Positions 40,641 to 53,283 of a DNA stretch of 64,000 nucleotides are shown here, one piece after another (within the stretch, counting starts at the first letter, position 1; each line of letters begins with the position of its first letter). Source of the stretch: Trichoplax sp. H2. Taxonomy: Eukaryota. The stretch spans positions 124,001 through 188,000 of the forward strand of contig NOWV01000108.1 in assembly GCA_003344405.1 (NCBI GenBank), in the 5' to 3' direction. The notes below the pieces were generated by a model. That model was given only the letters and a program-made list of their open reading frames with translations, had not been told where the DNA came from and made no database searches. The translations under genes were made by a program, and so were the position numbers.

Positions 40641-42084
40641 CGAAGAATTGTACAGATAGTTTTACGTATCGTTTCCTTCTTTTACACGAGGGGGTCTTTT
40701 AGGCTGGGGGAAAGTACAAAAATTAGCTGGTAATAGTCTCTGTTCTACGTAAAGGTAATGCCAACTTGATCTATTTCATCATGCCACATTTATATAGTAC
40801 TAACGGTACTGCAATCATAAATGGTCAAGAATAGGAATGGATAGAACTAATATATAATTATATATATATATATATGTATGGTATAATCCTCCTTCCGATA
40901 TTTCTAAATCGAGATCGAATCACTTTTCAGTAGCCGTGCAAGATCAAAGTCTATAGCTCCATTTCCAAGCTTATTTATATTTTTGATGACTGCACCGTAT
41001 ACTATATACCTAATATCGCGATACATGTACATGCACAGCACGATGTACTACAAATAGAGCAAAAAAATTCACCCGTCGAAGATTTACACTAATTCTACCT
41101 GATAATATCCAATTTAAGTGCTTACTTGTAGCTAAAATGGATATTACTAGTAGTAAAGTTAGTGGTAGATATGCGAGCTATCATGCAGTTATTAATTGCG
41201 TAGTTACAGATGCGAAGGGAATATCATAGAGATATGCTTACCTCCATGATATAAATTCTCATACATCACGGATGTTGACTACAGAAAGGAATCATTGGCA
41301 ATCAATTTTATACATCAGTAATATCGATCAATCCTACCGGTGGCAGAAGCATGATTAGTATAATTTCTATACGTAAATCTACGAAAAGGACTCGTAGAAA
41401 TTAACTTGTGCACATCTTGGAGCTAAAAAAAATAGCGGTTTACTGATTCCGCCCTTGCTCTGTACCATTTTTTTGAAGGGGCGCTGTGGCTGGAACTTTT
41501 TGCAGTATGTTAACTGTGAGGTTTAAAATTGTGAGCCTATTATAACAGCAACCAATTACACAGGATAAATAGGAGAAAGAAGACTTTTATTGCAGTGAAC
41601 GTCTAGAAAAAAAATGTGCAAGGCTGCAGCGTGCTATTACTAAGGCGGAATTCGTAGGTAAGGTGTATAAGCCTATCACAAAACTAGCGAACTAACAACA
41701 TAAATGGCTGAAAATCGCTTTGGCGTATAATATAGAAGATCACTCCAGGAGAGTTACTACTAAATGAGAAAAAGCGATCAAAATAGCTTACTATTACATT
41801 AGAGTATCTCTAGCAGAATCAAACTAGAGAATAGATAGAATTCTATGGACGAAATTGTTAAATCTTTAATAAATCACGTATTAATTGAAATATGCTATAG
41901 CACTAGAGAAATTGAATTATAACAACAATGGATTAAGCCGTGTATGGCAACAAACACCACGCTATCCGCTTAAATTAATTGATTCTAACAGCCGATTTGA
42001 AGATGAAAATTTCCACACACACACACACGAAACTTTAAAATATATTTCCCATTTTTTAAGATAATTCACTGTTGTAGTCTTATA

Positions 42085-42705
42085 AGATATCATGCGCTAG
42101 ATTTATTCTACATACTCTGTACGTTCTAGAGCAGATTGGAATCTGAGCGCAGACTTTAAAAAAAGTCCTTGTTTTCCTATACCACCACTCATTCTACATC
42201 ATCATTAGCTAAATCTCTGTTGATATACGTAGTCCTGTAAGGTATCATGCTCTAGATGTATTCTGCATACCTGCTATGTTCTAGAGTAGATTAGAAACTG
42301 GGTGCTGCTTTTGAAAAATGCTTGCTTTTCATTTACCACGACTCATTCTACTTCGTCGTTGGCTAAATCTCCGTTGATATACGTAGTCCTCTATGCTATT
42401 ATGAGCTAGATGTATTAAATTCTGCATGTTCTAGAGTAAATTAGAAATTGAGTTAGGGCTTTTTACAAAATGTTTGTCATTCTTTTACCATAATTCATTT
42501 TGCATCATCGTTAGCTAAATCTCCGTTGATATACCTTGTCCTGCAAGGTGTCATGTGCTAGATGTGTTCTGCATACTCCGTATGTTCTAGAGTAGATTGG
42601 TAACTGGGTTAAGACTTTAAAAAAATGCCTATTTTTCTTTTACCACCACTTAATGTACTCATTCTACAACGTCGCTAACTAACTCTCCGTTGGTATACGT
42701 AGTAG
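42085..42705. repeat. Tandem repeat of about 150-155 bp, 4 copies
   Basis: GTTCTAGAG at 42123, 42278, 42428 and 42583; GCTAAATCTC(T/C)GTTGATATA at 42208, 42362 and 42514. Confidence 0.9.
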
Positions 42706-42866
42706 GCAATGCCTCATATGACGTAGGAAGCATTTATGAATTAACTAAATTATTCATCTTCCCTTTCCAAACAAATTATTCCGTTGCGATAAAAACAATA
42801 AAAGTTTTTAGGGTAATATTATCACACTGAGTTTGAAAAATCCCTATTACTATCAATTATATCAAT

Positions 42867-44212
42867 TTTTATTTAAAGTTCCCTTCTATATAGATGAAAT
42901 GATGCAGCAATACAAGTGTTGGTTGTATAGAGCAAAATACAGTATCCACCTTCTCGAAATATTAGCACCAAATTATGGAATAACATTCAATACTGCCATT
43001 TCTTAATTTGCCAACGCAGAGAACAAATGGATACCCTCATACTAGCGTACTTTCGATGTGATCCGTTCATTTGCAATCAAAACTTACGCTTATCAAAGAT
43101 AATTAACCTTTCCATGAAATTCCATACAACGTACACCCTGTAGGTTATTTTATTAATAGTGCAAAATATAAAATTGGCTCCTTCATGCATGCTGCTGTAC
43201 CAACTAAGCTAAATACATGAATTAGTACCTATCGTCTATGCGATAATACGTGAATATCGTTATTAACGTTGCAATGAAATCAATGTTATATTGATCTTTA
43301 TTCAATAATATAAATACTATAATAATAGCTCTATTATTGCTAGATGCCTAGTCGGGGAATAATTTACCACTACATATAACTGTAAATAGATTGATTTAGT
43401 AAATATTAATTGCTCTCTCACTATTTCATCCTATTTTCAGGCTAAAATTGTCAATACAATAAAATTCTAAGGGATGAGATCAAACNNNNNNNNNNNNNNN
43501 NNNNNTTTTATTTAAAGTTCCCTTCTATATAGATGAAATGATGCAGCAATACAAGTGTTGGTTGTATAGAGCAAAATACAGTATCCACCTTCTCGAAATA
43601 TTAGCGCCAAATTATGGAATGACATTCGATACTGCCATTTCTAAATTTGCTAACGCAGAGAACAAATGGATACCCTCATACTAGCTTACTGTCGATGTGA
43701 TCCGTTCATTTGCAATCAAAACTTACGCTTATAAAAGATAATTAACCTTTCCATGAAATTCCATACAACGTACACCCTGTAGGTTATTTTGTTAATAGTG
43801 CAAAATATAAAATTGGCTCCTTCATGCATGCTGCTGTACCAACTTAGCTAAATACATGAATTAGTACCTATCGTCTATGCGATAATACGTGAATATAGTT
43901 ATTAATGTTGTTATAAAATCAATGTTATATTGATCTTTAATACATGAATTAGTACCTATCGTCTATGCGATAATACGTGAATATCGTTATTAACGTTGCA
44001 ATAAAATCAATGTTATATTGATCTTTATTCAATAATATAAATACTATAATAATAGCTCTATTATTACTAGATGCCTAGTCAGGGAATAATTTACCACTAC
44101 ATATAACTGTAAATAGACTGATTTAGTAAATATTAATTGCTCTCTCACTATTTCATCCTATTTTCAGGCTAAAATTGTCAATACAATAAAATTCTAAGGG
44201 ATGAGATCAAAC
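42867..44212. other. 20-N assembly gap (43486-43505) flanked by a direct duplication (42867-43485 and 43506-44212)
   Basis: Both copies abut the gap exactly. By eye they differ by 14 substitutions plus an 88-bp tandem duplication (AATACATGAATTAG at 43851 and 43939) in the right copy. Confidence 0.92.
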
Positions 44213-47200
44213 GGAAGACATTACTTTCTATCTAGTAGTTGGATAATAGGCAAGTAAAAATCAGGATTAATAATCTTGTGCTATTTGATTGATCGGAGAG
44301 ATTATATAAGCTATTTCATCGATAATTTAATTTAATCGCTACCAATAGTACAATATCATCAAATGTTGCCTCAACACTAACAGAATCATTATAATTATTG
44401 ATCAAACAGGTAAACAGGATATCTAAATCAATCAATGTCTGAATATTATTGTACAATAAACATCGAACGCATAATAATAAAGCTATGCGACATACGCCGA
44501 CAGCTGTATACTGTAATAAGCAAAACAAAAATATATTATCATACCTTATTCATGGCGATTCTAGCGTAGTTTGTTTTCAATTTGATCATCTCGACCTTAT
44601 CAGACAGGTTAATAAGGCCGAAAATAAATGATTGATAGAATTTCAGTAAAATTTGTAAAACTCTCCTCATCCATTTAATTTTGTCTCTTGGTCAATGGAG
44701 GTACATTCGATCTCTAACTTATTTAAAATTTGTCAAATTAATTTTATGTCCGCGTATGATAAGGCATCTTAGAATTATTATAACAAGAACTTTAATTTCT
44801 AGCAAACTTTATTTTACTATATAGACTGTTTCGTTTATCCAATTACCGGGGCTACGTGTCTTCAGTCTAACCACTTCACTTATGACACTAGAATTTTCCG
44901 CTTGTATACAGTAGTAATTTATTAATATCTCACGATTCTAATATAAGCATCGCAGTAAAACAGTTGCAATGTAAAATATCATTTTTCAATAGATACTTGT
45001 TTGGTCTTACAATCTATCGTACACCTTGAAATAGACTCGCATAATCTTAACCATAAGTTACTTTTAAGATTGTTAACTACATTATAATATCAATTGTATA
45101 CCAAATGACTGCAAATATCTTCATACAATATATAACTTACTCTACGTATACTACGTAACGTTGATTCATAAAAGTGAATATTTGCACAATATCCCCCTAA
45201 CCCTACAAAGTGCTTGAATTAAATACCATCAGAAAAGTAATTCTGATTATGCTGTTTGTATACCAACTACTGAGTGAGTAATGAGTGTGGAGTCTTTATA
45301 TTATGACTGTGTACTGAGCGTACTAGAACATCAATTAAGATTGTATTTTATTATCTGAATTCTTCTTCGCACAACATGGTGTGAAGATACAGCTAGTTAT
45401 TATATAAAGTTTCAAATTTAATTAGACATCGATGGTAGAGGAACAGAATGACCAGTATCCGTATTCGGTATACAATTTCTCCATATCACGCAATCTCGAC
45501 CCATGGATGAGACTATTAAAACTATTCTTGCTAAAAAATTTTAAAATCTTGTCTAATAATGTCGGTATGCAAATTATTTGCGTCTTTATTTCTATACTTA
45601 TACAGTAATAGGAGCTATCTCCATTGCTAGGGAAGCATTTGCTAAATATTGATCCTCGTACAAATGATACTTTTTATTTATTGAATTGACAAATTGTCGA
45701 CATATTGTTGCAATTACAAGTGTTATGCAGATTATAATATACCCTTACCTATTTAAATGTTATTTCACCTCTGCCATTGCGTAAAAATCAAAAGAATTTC
45801 ATTACCACCACTATTGCAGCCTAATCGCAGAACTCTCAATTCATTATCGAATCCTACAAGGACAACTTCATTTAAATCCATAAATAAATAGAAAAATAAT
45901 TATTATTAGCAATCTATCCTTGAATTACCTCTTCTGGTCTATCACTTTATAATTGGCACATATTGGTACTGTATTCAGGATATCTACTGTTATATAAATA
46001 GTTTAATGTATACAGTATCCTAAACTATTCGATGCACGTAGGTGTAATTTAGTAGTCCATGACGCTATATACAGTATCGCTATTTTTATGGGTTGCAATA
46101 AAGAGTACAAGAGGATGAACTAAAATACTTTGGATGACCTATTTCTTATACAATACTCTACACCATCATTAACAACTATGCTATCTATCAACGTCAAGCT
46201 AATTAGTTAATCTAGATTATTCAAATCTAACTGATTCTATAATATAAATATCATATATACAGAATATATAGCGATACAGATAGAGATCCAAGTTAATTTC
46301 AAATACCATGCTGTGAATAATAATGCCATAGTTCCAAAAAATATGCAAATTTTGATCATTTACCAATAATCTCAGAAAAACGCATAAATAAACAAAAATG
46401 CTAAAAAGTGTCCTTATCATGATGCCCTTGTACCGTCATAATTCGTGAGAACTATTCTGAAAAGCTGCTCTAACAAAGTCTAGTTGCAGCGAGCTAGTCA
46501 TCACGTTCGTAATCTATTTTCTTAGTAGAATAATTTATTTATCTAAGTGAAATTGATTACGTCAGTCAAGATAGTTCCTTCTACAGTACGTATGCATTAC
46601 TTTGATTATCAAGCACTTTCATGCCAGTTAATCTATAGTAACTGTGATATTTTCTTGAGCACTGTACTATTAACAAAATTGAAAAAGTGGCGTTTTTCAT
46701 CTAAGCCCGCCGATGGTTCAATCTTCAATTTTAATTTTACGATCGGAGCAAGATCTAAGCAGTATTCTTTAAAGGTGAAAAAACATGGAAAGACAACCTC
46801 CAAGTCATCAAGATCCAAAAGTAAATATTCATTCATTGCTAAAAATACAGCATTTTTCCGTTCTAACGATCAAGTTACGAGTAGATGACGAAATTAAATC
46901 TACTTATATCCCTAAAAGAAGTGTCATAAAGAACTATTTGCTATCATAGCTTCTGTTAATGATACCTTATATAACCTTTCATTTGACCTACCCATAGATC
47001 TTTAGAACTGCTAATCAAAAAGATAATCATGCACTAAACCAGTCATCCAGTCATTTTTATAGTCTCCTTCAGTATTGTACTTTGGTATTTATAGTTACGC
47101 ATATATCTAGTTTTTTTCCTCATTTTATCTGCTATCTTCAAGGAAAGATTTGATATCGTCATTCACTTTTTTTCATCCTTTATAATTTTTATTGCATCTA

Positions 47201-48479
47201 GTTTTTTCTCATATTTCCTTCTCGCGCACCAAACTAACCCAGCGCTACTTAATTAATAAAAAATTTATTGTAGACTGTAAGCGATAATGATAGATTAAGA
47301 TCAAAATTTTTTTCTATTTTTTTTCTTCAGTAGGTTAAAAAATCACCAGTAAAATGATATAAAATACTGTAGAATAATTAGTCACGTTCTAAGATTGTCT
47401 GATAAATGAATAAGTGAACAAAGTAAGCATAACGTTCTATCGTTCAATGTAGATTACATATATTAGCCATATTCTATTTAATTTAATAGCTGCTTGATTA
47501 AAATAACGAAAACGTTGAGTAAGATTATTGAGGATTAAATACTTTCTTTATAGACTTCTTAATTACGAAACTAAATTGAAGACTAATTCAATGCTAGCAT
47601 TACTTTTCCATGAATAGTCTGATTGTCAGTGGTACACTAAAGTAAAACATCACTCTGGTGGATGTTATAATTATCTAATTGAAAATGAATTGAATAAGTT
47701 ACCAGGCACTCATGTATGTCGGAATCGTAGCTACCTTTCAGATATGGCTCATGTTATCCCAACTAAAAATGGGTAAAAGATTAACAGCTTGAGGAAAATA
47801 AAATACCAATCCAGTAGATGATTCAATAAATAAAATTTGGGGATCCTAAAGATCAATAAATAAATCGGTAAAGCATTAATTATACAGTATCATAAAGAGA
47901 TTTGTCATATGAATAATTCAACATATAGTAATTAAAATATTAGTCGTCGTAATACAGATAAAATATTAATTGCTTTTAAATCTGTTCTAATCATTTACGG
48001 TGAGTGAAGATAGAGTAACTAGTCCACGGTAGATAGTATATTACAGATGGAATATAAGCAGTCCGCTAAACCATCCTTTCTATCACTACTTAAAATTAGG
48101 TTGATAATTACGGTAGTGGCAGAAAAATAGTATATTTAGAATGCGAATCCTACTGTGCCAGATAATATAATTTAGTTACTCGACAGAATGGATTTATCCA
48201 TCACTCTAGCTACTTTGCGAAATAGCTTAACTATTGACTTCATCAGATAGCTTCTTTACCCATGTAGACTGCCGTAAACTATCGTACCCATGATATCGGA
48301 ATTTGGATTAGAAGCCTATTATCTGATAATAACAAATGCTATTTCTCAACTTTACTATTTTACGGTACCTATTAATAATTGGTGCAACTGCATTGAATTT
48401 AACTTAATTTTTAATTTACTGTTGTCGGTATATATTGCAAACATAAGTTACTGTAAGATATCATTTTACTAGCATTATA

Positions 48480-48860
48480 TATTAATTACGTGGATTAGTA
48501 TTAATCATACTATCGTAAAGGCTATACTCAAGAGAGGATAAAAATTATTTCTTTCTGCTGCGGTGATTTTTTACTGCAATCTATTAGCGAATATCCAAGT
48601 AAAAATTAATGAAATAATAAATGTAACCGATAAATTAACTTAATCAGTAAAATTCTACCTAGATTAATAATCTAAGTACTACCAGCACATGTTTGGTTTA
48701 TAATATATTGGTAATTGTAATATCCTTATTTTCAATCGCATCATGAAACTAATACCGATGTACAGTCATTATAAATTAATTATACAGACTGGTATTGATC
48801 ATATTATCGTCAAGGCTACACTCGAAAGATGATAGAAATTATTTTTTCTGCTATAATGGT
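48480..48860. repeat. Degenerate duplicated block of about 70 bp, copies about 295 bp apart
   Basis: GTATTAATCATACTATCGTAAAGGCTATACTC at about 48498 versus GTATTGATCATATTATCGTCAAGGCTACACTC at about 48792. Confidence 0.65.
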
Positions 48861-48889
48861 TAAAAGTTATTTTTTTTACATTAATTTAG

Positions 48890-51800
48890 GCGACATATAA
48901 CGAAAAGCATAATGCGGTACAGTTGAACAATAGCACTCAACCTACAATTACAAGTAGACCTAAATTACTACCTAAACCGAATGCACGAAATATACCACCA
49001 ACAAACATTGGAATTCCAAGAAATCTTTCCAGCTATTCCTCAGCAAATTTTCCAGGGAGTCCCTCAATTATCGTAGATCCACGCTTAAATATGGTACATA
49101 AAGCATCTCGAAATGCTCCTCCAATATTTGATCAAGACCAATTGATGGCTAACTTCGAAAACAGTCAATATCATGTACCATCAGCCAAACTAGCTACATC
49201 ATTAACTTCGAACTACGATATTCCTATTAGTAGTCATAATAGAAAATCATTTACAGGGATAGAATCTAATCAAGCAGGTTAATTCCTTTCTATATCTATT
49301 GAAATAATTTATAATGTGATTAAAATAGCAATATGACTCGTATTATCATTTCTTCGTATTTATATCGAATGTCTGTATACGATTAGCATAATTCTATTAT
49401 AATTATTTTAGCTATTAATTGAATATATCCATTTATTTTTGCTACCATGAACTGTTAGATTATAATACGCAGGAAGTAACAGATTTGAAAATGGATCTTC
49501 CTAGCGCAAAGGTAAGAATTGTCAGTAGCTGTCTAAGCGGACTTTTAAATGAGCTTTGCGTTAACTTAGCATAAGAAATGATACAAATACAGCAAATTTG
49601 AGCTATACCAATGTATTTTCTTGCTTAAATACACTCTTACAACTTATCAATATTACCGTCATTAGTTATAATTACTATCTCTTTAAATTAAAGTCTTCCC
49701 ATCTACTATCACATAATTAAAATAATAGTATGGATTTCTAATCGTAATACCACAAAGTATTTAACAAGTTCTCAACGCTTATAAAATAGGTTTATCCTCT
49801 TATTAAACTTTAATGGAATGGTTATTATTTTTTTACAGTAGCTAAGTTAAACATTACAAATTACCCAATAGATTTTTCGGTCGTTGATTTTACGGAAAAT
49901 GTTCTTTCGTAGACGGACCAGCAACATAAATCTCCCGATAATCATGTCGTTGCTGTATCTGCTAAATCTAGCCTTGCTCGCAACAACGAAGAAATTTATG
50001 AGCGAAAAGCTGTAGGCTTAAAGAAACCTATCGTTCCTGTCCCACGATCTGATCTAAATATGCCTCCGCTTCCACTCAGGAAAACAGCAGCTAAACCAAA
50101 TCGAGTTCGAACAGAATTACCTGATAATGCTGACGATGAAATATTTATAGTACCGCAAAATAATAATCAACCTATGATTACTAAAAACAAAAGTGAAGGG
50201 AAAGAGCCTATTAATGCTATTACATCATCAAATAATGTTGCATCGCAGTCAAACGTAAAGCCTACCAATATTATAAAACAGCCATACGAGTATTCCCAGA
50301 AAATGAAGCCAGTACCTATCCCACCACCAAGAACAAATGCGTTATCGGGTAAAGGCGAAAGACGCAGTTCTCCTCTTGAAAGAATGAATACATATCATCA
50401 AGATAGTTATCCTTCAAATGAAAATTCTAATAAGGACCAGAATCCAAAAAGAAGAGCACCACCACCATTGCCACTAAGAACCAATGATCGACTTAAGAGG
50501 AGTCCTGCAATTCGAATGGCGCCTATTTCACAAGAAAACACGAACAATTTACCTGATTCTCTTCCTGTTCAATTGGATGATGAAAATAGAAAAAAATCGA
50601 CGGATAACAAGACCGAAAATCGAAAAGGTAACTCCAATCCTACTGAATTGAGTATGAATGGAAAGAGTAGAAGCAATTCATCCAAAGATTATGTAGATAA
50701 TCAATTGGAATTAGACATATTATCACCTAATATCACGGATTATTATAATAAATTTGCTATTACACGTGCACGTATGCAAAGTGATCCCGTGCCACCAACT
50801 CCAAATCAGTCTCGTGGAATGGATAAACGCCTTCCTGAACTACCACCTAGAAATCTAAATCATTTTTACGATCGACAAAATCAGCCATTTACACCTATGA
50901 ATGGTGATAATACACAATCTCAAGTTACTCCTTCGCGTGAAATCAATAAAAGGGATCGAGACTTTAAGATAGGCCCCATTGATAACAGTGGTTATTTACA
51001 ATTAGCATCTTCATTTCCCAGCCCATCAGGAGATTCTAATAACAAATCAGACGAACCAACGGGCTATATGACTATGGAATTGGTGGATACAAGTAATGAT
51101 GATATAAATACTACAGCTATAGCTTCAGCAGCAATAGATACTACTCGATCTTTCAACAGAGATGTTCAATCAGCTCTAACTATCGTCGATGATATTGATG
51201 GAGATAATGTTACCAAATCCAATTATGACACTTTAAATCAATCTTATTCTCATCTGAGCTTTCCAGTGAATATTAACGGCAATAATAAGGATCATTCTAC
51301 AATGCTAGCTAATTCTGAGAAGAAAAATGAAGAAATTCAATCTTCTTCTCCACCAAACTGGATTCGCAAAGATAGTAACCTCCTTTTTTACCCTAAAGCT
51401 GGCCAGCCTATCGTCTATGATCGGCCTACAAACTTAATTCAAGTCACAACATCAAGTATGTTACCGCCTCGATCGACAACCAATCATCAAAGAAGCAATG
51501 ACGATGGTAAATTCAATAAATCGCACCCATGGCAACAAGATAGACCACCACCAATTTTACCAGAACGTCCGGCTTTTGAACAAATTGTGGCTACTTTGAA
51601 ATTCTTCTTAGATAGGAAGAAATTCTTACCTAGTGGCAATGATGGCATTCCTACAGGCTTTCTTTCTTATTCTATATTGACGGATGATAGTATCTCGAAT
51701 GAACGAAGCGACGAAGAAAGGAAAAGCGAGAAATCTTTCAGTCAAGAGGATAGTGTTAATGTAATGAAACATCGATTATCTGATTCATATAAAGATAAAG

Positions 51801-53283
51801 AAAGTTCTCGATCTCTTGACAATCAATATGAATGTGCCGAAACGAATGACTTCATAACATCTCCGACAGGTTAATCTAACCACAATTATAGACTTATTCT
51901 TATAGGTAGCAAAACAGTCAAGCTATAACTCTGCTGTCAGTATAGAAAATTATAAATATTTATTAATGTTCTTATGGTATTAATTAATAGATTCAAACGA
52001 ACAATCTGTCATGGGAATCAGAGATAACTCCAGTCAAAAAAAGAAAAAAAAATTCCTAAATTTTTTGCGAAAAGGCAAAAAAAATCAGGCGACTGGGAAT
52101 GATGCGTCAGATCTGACCGACAATGCAGATTATAACCATCACCAGGTACTTAAGAAAGAAGTATTTAGTGCTTTATGATACTGAATTGATTATTATCTTA
52201 TTCTATAATAGAAATTATAGGATAGATATTCTTAATAACCGTATGATAGCGTGATATACGCATAATAAAGATATCAAATTGCTCATTAATTATTATCCTA
52301 TTCTATGGATAGGATAGATATTTTTCATAACCTATAATGGTATAATATGCGCGTAATAAAGACATTAAGTTACTTAGTGATTATTATCCCATTCTACGGA
52401 TAGGATAGACATTCTTTATAACTGTATAATAGGATGATATACACTTAATAAAGGCATTAAATTACATATTGATTATTATCCTATTCTACGGATAGGATAG
52501 ATATTCTTCGTAACCGTATGATAGTGTGATATACGCGTAATAAGTATACCAAATTGCTTAGTGATTATTATCCTATTCATAGAATAGGATAAATATTCTT
52601 CATAGCCGTATAATAGCGCGATATATGCGTAATATACACGTAATAAATACGTCAAATGTCTTATGTCGAATAAAATAATTGGAAATAGAGCTTCATATAA
52701 TTTCACACTCATCTACCAGCCATAAAAATCATATTATCCTTTACATTCTAGGGTAACTCACCATTAGGGAAATCAAGTAGTAGGTAAGTCGCTACTCTAA
52801 AATAAGATGTCTGCAGACAATAACTCTTCTATTGCAAATTAATTTACTGAAGATACTGCTAGAATAGGTTAAATCTTATAATGTAACTCGAATATCTTGA
52901 TGTTCATCTTAATTCAAGTCCACGATATTGCCTTCATATTTTCTTTTTAATCTACTATTATTTTAGCGTTAATGTAGCTGTAAGGAATTCGCCTATCGGA
53001 ATGGATAATCTTAGTACATCGAGTGGAATGAGTTCAAGAGACTTACACAATTATAATAGTCCTTATATTGAAAAATATGAGGAATTTTCAGAAGAAGTAA
53101 GTTGTAAAATAACTTAGATTTCAATAGCGTTGTAATAATATTGCAGATTTTGTACTAATTGAATGTAATCTGCAGTTGTCTGGGCCACCCCTCCCTCCGC
53201 GCTCTAACACGCTTGCTAGAGGTCGAGTTGGTAAATCACTACCTGCATTATCACATAGCCGCAGCACTGATTCAGAAAGATAA
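48890..53283 (+). CDS. Unrecognised, probably disordered Pro/Ser/Asn-rich protein (940 codons from 48890) with SH3-ligand and tyrosine motifs; putative signalling docking protein; start unresolved
   Basis: Exons 48890-49277, 49459-49511, 49913-51869, 51991-52145, 52752-52783, 52967-53096 and 53176-53283 have GT-AG ends and compatible phases (2823 nt including stop). They include ORF-track entries 48923..49282 and 50060..51874. No folded domain recognised; first in-frame Met is at about 49091. Confidence 0.8.
52186..52650. repeat. 92-bp tandem repeat, 5 copies, each with an internal hairpin (intronic)
   Basis: ATTATTATCC(T/C)ATTC..GATAGGATA-like anchors at 52189, 52289, 52380, 52472 and 52564. 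Confidence 0.9.

Larger units (their letters stand above)
40900..47250 (-). pseudogene. Possible decayed multi-exon gene relic(s)
   Basis: Several AG..GT-bounded segments have protein-like translations interrupted by stops. Examples: 46911-46633 (RHLLVT*SLERKNAVFLAMNEYLLLDLDDLEVVFPCFF), about 44170-44095 (LKIG*NSERAINIY*ISL), 43640-43589 (KWQYRMSFHNLALIFRE) and about 40990-40905 (IKNINKLGNGAIDFDLARLLKS). No family can be assigned. Confidence 0.25.

Noticed and set aside
45426-45882. Small + strand exon candidates (MVEEQNDQYPYS / ELSPLLGKHLLNIDP) as the 5' end of the docking protein
   Set aside because: I could not join them in phase to the exon at 48890 without hitting a stop; left unresolved.
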